DNA of 20,798 nucleotides from Candidatus Methylomirabilota bacterium (GTDB lineage Bacteria > Methylomirabilota > Methylomirabilia > Rokubacteriales > CSP1-6): the NCBI GenBank assembly GCA_046726415.1, contig JBKPAK010000343.1:1-20798 (forward strand). The letters run 5' to 3'. Shown piece after piece: positions 8,602 to 16,873 of the stretch. Within the stretch, counting starts at the first letter, position 1, and the number at the start of each line of letters is the position of its first letter. Made by a program: the position numbers and the translations under genes. Under the pieces are notes generated by a model, which worked only from the letters and a program-made list of their open reading frames with translations, did not search any database and was not told the DNA's origin.

Positions 8602-9105
8602 GTGGTCAGATCAAGCACATCGCCATCCGCACGCCGGACCCCGAGAAGACCGCGACGTTTTACAAGGACGTGTTCGGCCTGAAGGAGGTCGGCCAGGCCC
8701 GGACCGGCTACTACCTCTCCGATGGGTATCTCAACCTGGCGATTCTCAAGTCCCGGGACGAGGGGACCGATGAAAGTCCTCGCGACCTGCCGGGGGTATG
8801 CCGGCATCCACCACCTCGGCTTCATGGTGGACGACGTGGACGAGATCTGCCAAAGGCTGGACGCGGCGGGGGCAACGCCCATGACGGGCCGCACCGACGT
8901 CCGTCACGCGGCGACGTCGGGCGCGCGCTCCTACTACAAGATCAAATACCGCGGCCCCGACAACCAGGAGTTCGACGTCACCGAGAGCGGCTGGATCGGC
9001 ACGTGGGTCGCCGCCGGCAGGTCGGCCGAACAGGGCCCGAGCGGCGAAACCTGGATCTTCAGCGCGCCGACGTGCCTGGCCGTGTCTACTATTGGGCGGC
9101 GCTGA
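8602..9105 (+). pseudogene. VOC/glyoxalase family protein with two frameshifts
   Basis: SD AAGGAG then GTG at 8602. One frame gives IKHIAIRTPDPEKTATFYKDVFGLKEV...YLSDGYLNLAIL; another gives GIHHLGFMVDDVDE...KYRGPDNQEFDVTESGW. Frameshifts fall at about 8608-8610 and in the G-run at 8792-8796. Confidence 0.8.
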
Positions 9106-9129
9106 ATACCTGACGGGGCCTCGCCACAA

Positions 9130-9159
9130 TTGACCGCTCTCCAGTCGGGGTGCTAGTGT
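9130..9159 (+). promoter_or_regulatory. Putative sigma70 promoter of the ugp-like operon
   Basis: TTGACC-N18-TAGTGT with an extended -10 TGn, about 85 bp upstream of the GTG at 9243. Confidence 0.5.
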
Positions 9160-9242
9160 CCCCGCGCGGGCCCCCGGCGGCGCTGGCGGGGACCGCGTCG
9201 GGCGGAAGAACCACGTCGGCACGCGAGACCCTGGAGGACACC

Positions 9243-10181
9243 GTGACCACACTCGGCGCGGGAGCGCAGGCGCTGGCGGTGCCCGCCGTGCATACCCGTC
9301 GCAGGGTCCGGCGGTCGACGCTCTGGCTGGCCGCGGCGCTGCTCGCTCCGACGCTCGTGTTCCTGCTTGTCTTCACGTACTGGCCGCTCCTCGTCTCCAT
9401 CATGGGCTCCTTCCAACGCTGGAGTCCGACCGGGACAGCTCCGCGCTGGGTGGGCGTCGCGAACTACCGGGACCTCTGGAGCGACGCCCTGTTCCGCCAG
9501 GTGCTCGCCAACACCGGCCTCTACGTCCTGGCCGAGGGCCCGCTCGCCGTCCTCCTCGGCCTCGTCGCCGCGATCGCCGTGGACGGCCACCGGCGGATCC
9601 GTCTCTTCGCGCGGACGCTCATCTTCCATCCGGTCCTGCTGCCCACGGTCGCGATCGCCGCGATCTGGCTCTTCCTGCTGAATCCCGTGTCCGGCCCGGC
9701 CGTCGATCTGCTGAGCCGGCTGCTCGGCCGCGCTCCGGGCCTCCTCGAGGAGCCGGCGACGGCCCTCCTCACCGTCGCCCTCGTCGCCGTCTACAAGAAC
9801 TGCGGCCTCTACATGCTGTTCTTCCTGGCTGGCCTCCAAGCCATCCCGCAGGATCTCCAAGATAGCGCCCGCGTCGAGGGCGCCGGGGAGTGGCAGGTCT
9901 TCCGCCATGTCACCTGGCCGCTCCTGGGCCCGGTGAGCTTCTACGTGGCCGTCACGGCCGTGCTCGACGCGCTGCGAAACGTGGACCACATCTTCGTCCT
10001 CACGCGTGGCGGGCCAGCGAACGCGACCAACGTGCTCCTCTACGAGACCTACCTGAAGGCCTTCGAGTTCTGGGACACTGGCAAGGCCTCCGCCCTCACC
10101 GTTCTGATGGTCGCGGCGCTGCTCGCCCTGGCCCTCCTCGCGATGCCGCGCCTGGAGAGGGGGGTCCACTACGAGGCGTGA
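9243..10181 (+). CDS. Carbohydrate ABC (CUT1) permease, UgpA-like
   Basis: GGAGG then GTG at 9243. Motifs WVGVANY, LAGLQAIPQDLQDSARVEGA (EAA loop) and LTRGGPANAT. Confidence 0.9.
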   Translation: MTTLGAGAQALAVPAVHTRRRVRRSTLWLAAALLAPTLVFLLVFTYWPLLVSIMGSFQRWSPTGTAPRWVGVANYRDLWSDALFRQVLANTGLYVLAEGPLAVLLGLVAAIAVDGHRRIRLFARTLIFHPVLLPTVAIAAIWLFLLNPVSGPAVDLLSRLLGRAPGLLEEPATALLTVALVAVYKNCGLYMLFFLAGLQAIPQDLQDSARVEGAGEWQVFRHVTWPLLGPVSFYVAVTAVLDALRNVDHIFVLTRGGPANATNVLLYETYLKAFEFWDTGKASALTVLMVAALLALALLAMPRLERGVHYEA

Positions 10182-10191
10182 CTGGCCGGCC

Positions 10192-10971
10192 ATGCTCCTC
10201 TGCCTGCCCTTCCTCGGGTCGGTGGCCTTCCTGCTTATGGCGGCGCTCACGCCGTCGCGGGAGTTCAGTCAGGGCCGCTACTGGAGCTTCCCGCCCACGG
10301 GGGAGAACTTCGCGCTGGCATGGCAGTCGGCGGCGTTCGTCGTCTACTACCGCAACACCCTCCTCTACACGCTAGGCCTCCTGGCCATCCAGCTGGTCAC
10401 CGTCACGCTCGCCGGCTACTCGCTGGCCCGGCTGCCGTTCCCGGGGCGCCAGGGCGTGTTCTACCTCGTGCTGATCCAGCTCTTCCTGCCACCTGTGGTC
10501 CTGATCCTGCCCAACTTCCTGACGTTGCGCGCCATCGGTCTCGGCGACACCCTGGTGGGCCTCGCGATGCCCTATGTTGCGAGCGCCTACGGGATCTTCC
10601 TCCTCCGCCAGGGGTTCCGGAGCATTCCCCGGGAGTACGACGAGGCGGCGATGCTCGACGGGGCCGGTCGGGTGCGAATCCTGTGGCATGTCCTTGTCCC
10701 GATGGTCCGCCCGCACCTGGCCGCCTTCTCCGTCGTCAGCGTCATCTATCACTGGAACGAGTTCCTGTGGCCCCTGGTGGCGACGTCGAGCAACTCGGTC
10801 AGAGTGCTCGCTGTGGGTCTCCAGTCCTTTACCCGCGCCTCCGAATCCGGCGCGGAGTGGGGGCTCGTCGCTGCCGGCACCCTGATCGTCATTGCGCCTC
10901 TGATGCTCCTGTTCGTCCTATTCCAGCGGCTCTTCATCCAGTCGTTCACCCAGTCGGGTCTGAAGGGCTAA
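10192..10971 (+). CDS. Carbohydrate ABC (CUT1) permease, UgpE-like
   Basis: Motifs AGYSLARLPFPG, IFLLRQGFRSIPREYDEAAMLDGA, WNEFLWPL, FQRLFIQ and C-terminal SGLKG. Confidence 0.9.
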   Translation: MLLCLPFLGSVAFLLMAALTPSREFSQGRYWSFPPTGENFALAWQSAAFVVYYRNTLLYTLGLLAIQLVTVTLAGYSLARLPFPGRQGVFYLVLIQLFLPPVVLILPNFLTLRAIGLGDTLVGLAMPYVASAYGIFLLRQGFRSIPREYDEAAMLDGAGRVRILWHVLVPMVRPHLAAFSVVSVIYHWNEFLWPLVATSSNSVRVLAVGLQSFTRASESGAEWGLVAAGTLIVIAPLMLLFVLFQRLFIQSFTQSGLKG

Positions 10972-11000
10972 GTCCCCCGACTCGAGAGAGGGAGGCGCTC

Positions 11001-12281
11001 ATGAAGCTGCGCGCGCTGATCGCGGCGGTCATCCTCGTGCTCATCGCCGAGCTGGCCCTCCCGGCCGCGGCCCAGGTGAAGCTCCAGTTCTACTACCCGG
11101 TCGGGGTCGCCGGACCGCTCGCCCGGATCATCGAGGGATACGTGAAGGAGTGGAACCAGAGCCACCCCCAGATCCAGGTCGAGGCGGTGTTCGCCGGCGG
11201 GTACACCGAGGCCTACGCGAAGACGCTCGCGGCCATCCGGGCCGGGACCCCTCCCGACGTGGCCATCATGCTCTCGCAGAATCTGAACGACATCCTGGGC
11301 CAGGACATCGTGATCCCGCTGGACGAGCTTCTCGCCGCCGACGCGGCCGAGGTCAAGATCGACGACTTCTTCCCTGCCTTCATGCTGAACTCCCGGCAGG
11401 GCGGGAAGGTCTGGTCGATGCCCTTCCAGCGGTCGACGCCAGTCATGTACTACAACAAGGAGGCGTTCAAGGAGGCCGGGCTGGACGCCGACAAGCCCCC
11501 GCAGACGCAGGCCGAGCTCGTGGTCGCCGCGAAGAAGCTGACGAAGCAGGAGGGCGGGCGAGTCACACGCTGGGGCCTCCTGATCCCTTCGAGCGGCGGG
11601 GTCGACACGTGGCTCCTCGAGGCTCTCGTCATCGATGCGGGCGGTGTCCTGTACGACCCGAACAACTCCTGTTGCAAGGTGCTCCTGTCGAGCCCGGCGA
11701 CCGAGGCGGCCGTCCAGTTCCTGCGGGATCTCGGGGCGAAGGACAAGGTTAGCCCGGAGGGACCAATCAACTGGGGCACGACGGCGAACGATTTCGTCGC
11801 CGGCAAGGCGGCGATGATGTACTACACCACCGGAGGGCTCGGCTTCGTCCGCAACAACGCGAAGTTCGAGTTCGGCACCGCTTTCCTGCCGAAGGGCCAG
11901 CGCTTCGGTGCCCCCACCGGAGGTGGGAATTTCTACCTCTTCAAGGGGAGTCCACCCGACCGCCGCAAGGCGGCCTGGCAGTTCACCAAGTGGATGACCT
12001 CGACGGAGATGCTGGCGCGGTGGTCGATCGACTCCGGCTACGTCGCACCCCGGAAGTCCTCGTGGGAGACGGCGCGAATGAAGGAGTACACGGGCAAGTA
12101 CCCGCAGGCCCTCACCGCGCGCGAGCAGCTCCAGTACGCGCTGGCAGAGCTGCCCGTGAAGAACATCATCGAGGTGAAGCGGGCAATTACGACCGCGCTC
12201 CAGACGGCGCTGACCACCAGCCAGCCCATCGCGCCGATCCTCGCCGAGGGGCAGAAGCGCGTGGACGACATTCTCAAGTAG
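11001..12281 (+). CDS. ABC transporter substrate-binding protein, UgpB-like (glycerol-3-phosphate/glycerophosphodiester type)
   Basis: GGAGG then ATG at 11001, with signal peptide MKLRALIAAVILVLIAELALPAAA. Motifs YYPVGVAGPL, MPFQRSTPVMYYNK, PTGGGNFY and WSIDSGY. Confidence 0.88.
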   Translation: MKLRALIAAVILVLIAELALPAAAQVKLQFYYPVGVAGPLARIIEGYVKEWNQSHPQIQVEAVFAGGYTEAYAKTLAAIRAGTPPDVAIMLSQNLNDILGQDIVIPLDELLAADAAEVKIDDFFPAFMLNSRQGGKVWSMPFQRSTPVMYYNKEAFKEAGLDADKPPQTQAELVVAAKKLTKQEGGRVTRWGLLIPSSGGVDTWLLEALVIDAGGVLYDPNNSCCKVLLSSPATEAAVQFLRDLGAKDKVSPEGPINWGTTANDFVAGKAAMMYYTTGGLGFVRNNAKFEFGTAFLPKGQRFGAPTGGGNFYLFKGSPPDRRKAAWQFTKWMTSTEMLARWSIDSGYVAPRKSSWETARMKEYTGKYPQALTAREQLQYALAELPVKNIIEVKRAITTALQTALTTSQPIAPILAEGQKRVDDILK

Positions 12282-12305
12282 CCCGTCAGGCGGACTCGGC
12301 ATCTC

Positions 12306-12344
12306 GAGCCCCGCCGCCGGTCGGCGCGGGTTCCATGCTATGGT
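12306..12344 (+). promoter_or_regulatory. Intergenic hairpin after the binding-protein gene plus an extended -10-like TGcTATGGT
   Basis: Imperfect stem-loop gagccc-cgccg-ccggt-cggcg-c-gggttc. TGCTATGGT at 12336-12344 precedes SD AAGGAG. Confidence 0.3.
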
Positions 12345-12366
12345 TCCGCGCAGAAAGGAGCGCGGC

Positions 12367-13188
12367 ATGTTGATCGCTCAGATCTCCGACATGCACGTCC
12401 TGCGAGCCGGGACTCGACTGTTCGGCGCTCTCGACACCTTCGGCTCGCTCGCGCGATGCGTGGAGCACGTCAACCGGCTTCCGACGCGCCCGGACGCCAT
12501 CCTCGTCACTGGCGACATGACCAACGACGGCGAGGCTGCCGACTATGAGGCCCTCGTGCGGCTGCTCGATCGGCTGGCCATGCCCTACTATCCGATTCCG
12601 GGCAATCACGACGATCGCGAGCGTATGCGGTGGGCGTTCCGGCACTTGGGCCTCCTGCCGACGACGGGGCCGCTCCATTACACAGTGGAGCATCTCCCGA
12701 TCCGCCTGATCGCACTCGACACGGTGATCCCCGGGCAGACCCATGGGCATCTCGGTGCGGCGCAGCTCGACTGGCTCGAGGCGACGCTCCGGGCCGCCCC
12801 GGACCGCCCCACCATCGTCTTCTTGCACCATCCACCCTTCCCGACCGGGATCGACCACATGGACGCGATCCGGCTCACCGATTCCGACGCGCTCCGTGCG
12901 GTGATCACCGGCCATGCCCAAGTGGAGCGTGTGGCGTGCGGGCACCTCCATCGCGCCATACAGGTCAGATGGGCCGGTACGGTGGCGGTGACCGCGCCGA
13001 GCACGGCGCACCAGGTGGCACTCACGCTGGCCCCGGGGGATGCCGCGCGTTGGATCGCCGAGCCGCCCGCTGCGCTCCTCCACCTCTGGCAGGAGGGCGT
13101 GGGACTTGTGACTCACGTGAGCTACGTCGGCGACTACGGCGCGCTCCGGCCGTTCAAGGAGCCGCACGAACTCGCTGGCGCTTCCTGA
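12367..13188 (+). CDS. Calcineurin-like metallophosphoesterase, GpdQ/CpdA(Icc)-type phosphodiesterase
   Basis: SD AAGGAG then ATG at 12367. Metal motifs QISDMH, TGDMTNDG, PGNHD, HHPP and CGHLH, plus APSTAHQV. Confidence 0.92.
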   Translation: MLIAQISDMHVLRAGTRLFGALDTFGSLARCVEHVNRLPTRPDAILVTGDMTNDGEAADYEALVRLLDRLAMPYYPIPGNHDDRERMRWAFRHLGLLPTTGPLHYTVEHLPIRLIALDTVIPGQTHGHLGAAQLDWLEATLRAAPDRPTIVFLHHPPFPTGIDHMDAIRLTDSDALRAVITGHAQVERVACGHLHRAIQVRWAGTVAVTAPSTAHQVALTLAPGDAARWIAEPPAALLHLWQEGVGLVTHVSYVGDYGALRPFKEPHELAGAS

Positions 13189-13315
13189 CACCGCGCTGGT
13201 CGCCGTGCCCGGATCACGTTCGTCTGGGCCGCGCCACCCTCGGGGCCACGCCGGCGGCTCGCTGGCCTTTGATCCACGCGCACATCTGTGTGGGCATGCC
13301 GTCGCGGTTGGCACG

Positions 13316-13689
13316 CGTGATCTCCCAGAACCTCCCGCAGGTGCGTGAAGGTGCGGTCGGTGTAGCCCAGGGGAAGAAGGGCGTGACGGAGCAGAAAGCG
13401 TAGGTCGATCTCCTGCTCGGTCCTTCCGGCTCCGGCGGGCAGGTGATGTAGTGGGTCCAGCGCCTGCTCGAGATACTGCACGGCCTCCCGGTTGGCCGAG
13501 CGCCCGAACATGTGGATGTCGGCCTGGAGCAGGTAGCCGACCCCTTTTCGCCAGACCTCGCCTCGCAGGGCGTGCGGGGCCAGCGTCTCGACCTGCTCGG
13601 CCAGCCGGTCCTCGTGCAGACGCCCGAGCTCCTCGACGATGCGGGCGTGGAGCGCGCGACGGCGTTCCAGGAGGAGGCCCCCGTAGCCG
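13316..13689 (-). pseudogene. Internal fragment of a large adenylate/guanylate-cyclase/AAA-ATPase/TPR-type regulator, fused in frame to the DUF58 remnant
   Basis: YGGLLLERRRALHARIVEELGRLHEDRLAEQVETLAPHALRGEVWRKGVGYL...RSANREAVQYLEQAL...EQEIDLRFLLRHALLPLG resembles the post-AAA helical/TPR region of these proteins. It has no start or proper end of its own. Confidence 0.75.
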
Positions 13690-14360
13690 CCGTACTCGAT
13701 GAGCCCGACCCGGTCCTTCCGCGCCAGGTACGCGGCGGCCAGGGAAGCCGCGGCCCGGATGCTCCCGTCGAGCGTGGTGGCGGATGGCGCGCCGACCGAG
13801 GCGAGGGTATCGAGCATCAGGACGACGTCGGCGTTGCGCTCGCAGCAATGCTGGATGACGTAGAGCGTGCCGAGTCGGAGGGAGGCGCGCCAGTTCACCT
13901 GCTTGACGCGGTCGCCCTGGACGAAGGGTTGGATGTCCCCGGGCTCGATGCCGTCGCCCAGCTCCGCACGCAGGAAGCGGCGCACGCGTGTCAGTGCACG
14001 CTGCGCGTCTACCCGCGCACCGTGCCCCTGCGGAGCTTACCGCGGCCCTGCCGCACGCAGACCTCCGTCGGCGACTACGTCTCGCCGCGGCCCCAGACGC
14101 GGACGAACACGTCGCCGATCTCGAACTCCCCACGGCCCGGGCACCGGACGTCGAAGCTCAATCGGGCTCGCTGCCCAGCCGCGAGCCTCACCACGGCGCG
14201 CTCGACGCCCGACACCGGCTCGAGGCCTGACGGGAGTCTCGAGCGCCGCGGCATCCGTGGCCGGTCAAAGCCGGCGGCGATGACCACCACGCTGGCCGCG
14301 ACGGATCCGAGGATAGCGATGCTGTGCCGGGCGGCAGCCAGAGCTGCCCGCGTCAGGATG
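13690..14360 (-). pseudogene. DUF58 (MoxR-associated, vWA-like) protein remnant with deletions and an internal inversion
   Basis: The - strand gives LSFDVRCPGRGEFEIGDVFVRVWG and LGDGIEPGDIQPFVQGDRVKQVNWRAS...VVLMLDTLASVG...DRVGLIEYGG. The connecting segment LRVYPRTVPLRSLPRP.RTQTSVGDYVSP is on the + strand at about 13962-14088. Confidence 0.8.
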
Positions 14361-14531
14361 CTGGAGGGGCTGTCGTGAGTGTAGTCGGATGCGGGCAAGC
14401 AGGGCGTTGTCGAAGATGGCAGCTTCAACGAGAATCTGCATGCGGTCCGAGGGCAGCGTCGCGCGGCGAGCCGACCGGGGAGCGGCGGTCGCGGCAACCC
14501 TCCGACACTTGCCACCGTTGAGGAGGGCTCC

Positions 14532-15404
14532 ATGATCAGCGAGATGCGCAGGCGTCGCACGTCAGGCCGGTGGCTGTCGATCCTGACGTTGGTGGTCGTG
14601 CTCGGAGTAGCCGCGCCAGTCCGGGCCCAGGATCCGCCGGCCAGCGACTTGCTCAACGCCGTCCTCTGGATGCAGCGGTCGGTCGAATACAAGGCCGCGG
14701 CGCTCACAGCGTTCGCCCTGGCGCGGATTCGCCTCGACCAGGCGCTGGCCGATCCGAATTGGACCGGTGCCCCCAAGGAACAGACCGGCGCCTACCAGTT
14801 GCTCCCCCCGGCCATCATTCTCGACGTCGATGAGACGATCCTCGACAACTCGGGCTACCAGGCCTGGATGGTCCTCAAGGGCACGAACTTCGATCCCAAG
14901 ACCTGGAACGCGTACGTTAACACGGTGACGTCGCTGCCGATCCCGGGTGCCCTCGAGTTCGCCAAGTACGCCGACTCGAAGGGCGTCAAGATCTTCTACA
15001 TCTCCAACCGCACAGCCGAGGAAGAGCCGTCCACGCGCAAGAACCTCGAGAAGTTCGACTTTCCGATGGGCGGCACCGTCGACACCATGCTGATGGCCCG
15101 CAAGCATCCTGAGTGGGGCTCGGCCAAGGGGACCCGCCGCGCTTACGTCGCCAAGACCTACCGCGTCCTCCTCAACATCGGCGACAACTTCGGCGATTTC
15201 GTCGACGAGTACCGCGGCAGCGAAGGCGAACGCCAGCAGGTCTTCGACCAGAACGGGAATCGCTGGGGCCGCGAATGGATCATGATCGCCAACCCGGCCT
15301 ACGGCTCCTTCGAGTCCGCCCCCTTCGCCCACGATTTCAAGCGGTCCGACGGGGACAAGCGCAAGGCGAAACGCAGCGTGCTGGACGCCTGGCAGGGCCC
15401 CTGA
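14532..15404 (+). CDS. HAD-superfamily class C acid phosphatase / 5'-nucleotidase, e(P4)-like, secreted
   Basis: SD GAGGAGG; signal peptide ending VAAPVRA; motif I LDVDETILDN, motif II ISNR, Lys in AKGTRR, motif IV GDNFGDF, and NPAYGSFE. Confidence 0.9.
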   Translation: MISEMRRRRTSGRWLSILTLVVVLGVAAPVRAQDPPASDLLNAVLWMQRSVEYKAAALTAFALARIRLDQALADPNWTGAPKEQTGAYQLLPPAIILDVDETILDNSGYQAWMVLKGTNFDPKTWNAYVNTVTSLPIPGALEFAKYADSKGVKIFYISNRTAEEEPSTRKNLEKFDFPMGGTVDTMLMARKHPEWGSAKGTRRAYVAKTYRVLLNIGDNFGDFVDEYRGSEGERQQVFDQNGNRWGREWIMIANPAYGSFESAPFAHDFKRSDGDKRKAKRSVLDAWQGP

Positions 15405-15507
15405 GCGACTCGTCAGAGAGCGTAGGCCCTGCCGCAGGAGGGAGGGCCGCGCCGGGCGATTCCTTGGCCGAGCAGCTGCCGCTCCTGGTTCCGCCTCGGA
15501 TTCCTCC

Positions 15508-16161
15508 TCAGTGGCCATGGCCTAGCAGGGCCTCGCCCTTCGCCATGGCGAGATGGTGCGGCCCGTGGTGTGCGCCCTCGGTGAGGAATCCGATGAAGCC
15601 GAGGCCGCGGAGGCGCGCGACGGCTCTGGGATCGTCGGGCGCCTTCACGGTCACCGTCAGCCGCACGCCACCGGGGATGAGCTCGGTCCGCGCTGCATAC
15701 GAGGGCATCCGATCAAGCTCGACGGCATGGGGCACGACCATTGCCCGGATCGCCTGCTCCGTTCGACCAGCGCCGGTGACGTCCATCACGAGACCACCCA
15801 GCACAGGGTTCTGCTTCACCTGCGCATGCAACACGACCTCGTTCATGTCGATCAGGTGCTGCCGAAGGCGCTCGAGATCGACCTTGCTCCAGTCGGTCTT
15901 CGGATCGGCCTCGAGGATCTTCACGACTTCCGCCATCGCACCAAAGGCGTCCTGACCGGGCAGCGTGGGTGCTCCCGTGGCCATTCCATGCATCGCCCGC
16001 ATGTGTTGGGCGTGTATGTCGGACCCGTGCGACGGCATCGAGCCGTGGTTGGACGGCTGATTCGCCCCGAAGCCGGGCGCACTCTGAGCAAGGACGGTGT
16101 GCGCCAGCACCGCCCCCACAAGGGCGACGCCGAGCACGATGGCTGCGGCTGGTCTCCACAT
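15508..16161 (-). CDS. Exported His/Met-rich hypothetical protein
   Basis: SD AGGAGG then ATG; signal peptide. His/Met-rich linker (HGSMPSHGSDIHAQHMRAMHGM), ordered core PGQDAFGAMAEVVKILEADPKTDWSKVDLERLRQHLIDMNEV, and C-terminal HHGPHHLAMAKG. Confidence 0.8.
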   Translation of the reverse strand: MWRPAAAIVLGVALVGAVLAHTVLAQSAPGFGANQPSNHGSMPSHGSDIHAQHMRAMHGMATGAPTLPGQDAFGAMAEVVKILEADPKTDWSKVDLERLRQHLIDMNEVVLHAQVKQNPVLGGLVMDVTGAGRTEQAIRAMVVPHAVELDRMPSYAARTELIPGGVRLTVTVKAPDDPRAVARLRGLGFIGFLTEGAHHGPHHLAMAKGEALLGHGH

Positions 16162-16220
16162 GATTCCCTCCTGTCGGAACCGATCACCAGCCAGTCTGGG
16201 GAGCAGGAAGTCGCCGAATC

Positions 16221-16236
16221 TATGACTTACGTCACA
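16221..16236. promoter_or_regulatory. CRP-family operator
   Basis: TATGA-cttacg-TCACA is one mismatch from TGTGA-N6-TCACA. It overlaps the stop of the Crp/Fnr gene and lies 60 bp upstream of the 16161 start. Confidence 0.7.
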
Positions 16237-16635
16237 CCGCCCCGGGCCAGGACCGCCAGGCGGATCGGATCGCGAATCACGATGCGCCCCCGCTTTCGCG
16301 CGATGACACCGCTGTCCGCGAGCTGAAAGAGCGCCCGGGCCACCAGCTCGCGCACCGTCCCCAGCCGCGCAGCGAGCTGGGCTTGGGTCAGCCTGAGGTC
16401 CAGTTCTGCCCCCGCGGCGACGGGATGGCTGACGGCGGCGTCGCCGATGTAGCGGGCGAGTCGCTCGAGGATGGGCCGGAACGCGAGGTCGCTCGCCAGG
16501 CTGGCGAAGCGGCGAACGCGTTGCGCCATCACCTCGAGGATCGCCAGGGCGACGGCCGGTCGGCGCCGACAGAGATCGAAGACGTGCGCGCGCGGCAAGA
16601 AGAGGGCCCGCGTGGGAGCGATGGCGACGGCCGGG
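16227..16635 (-). pseudogene. Crp/Fnr family transcriptional regulator, 5'-truncated
   Basis: AVAIAPTRALFLPR (end of the cNMP barrel), C-helix ...DLAFRPILERLARY, and HTH LTQAQLAARLGTVRELVARAL. An in-frame stop at about 16665 and no N-terminal sensor domain or SD/ATG. Confidence 0.82.
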
Positions 16636-16801
16636 CGACTTTCACAGGAGGGTCGAACGGTGCATCATGACGTCGGGTTGGTCCGTGGTCTACTGCGGCT
16701 GTGCCTGGTGCAGCCGGAGGGTTTCTTCCGGCTCGAACATCGCACGACTCCCGGGGTAGCCCCCCTGGTAGAGGGGAGAATCGAGAAGGGCGGGTCTGAC
16801 A

Positions 16802-16817
16802 CGGCAGGGACGTTGCG
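16802..16817 (+). promoter_or_regulatory. Possible sigma54 -24/-12 promoter
   Basis: cGGCAgggacgTTGCg has GG-N10-GC spacing, about 57 bp upstream of ATG 16874. Confidence 0.3.
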
Positions 16818-16873
16818 CAAGGGCTGCTGACACCCGGCAGAACCACGTGCGCTGCTTCAGGAAGTGATGTGGT

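Noticed and set aside
10320..11000. 653-aa version of the UgpB-like protein
   Set aside because: The upstream part overlaps the permease out of frame; the SD and signal peptide mark ATG 11001.
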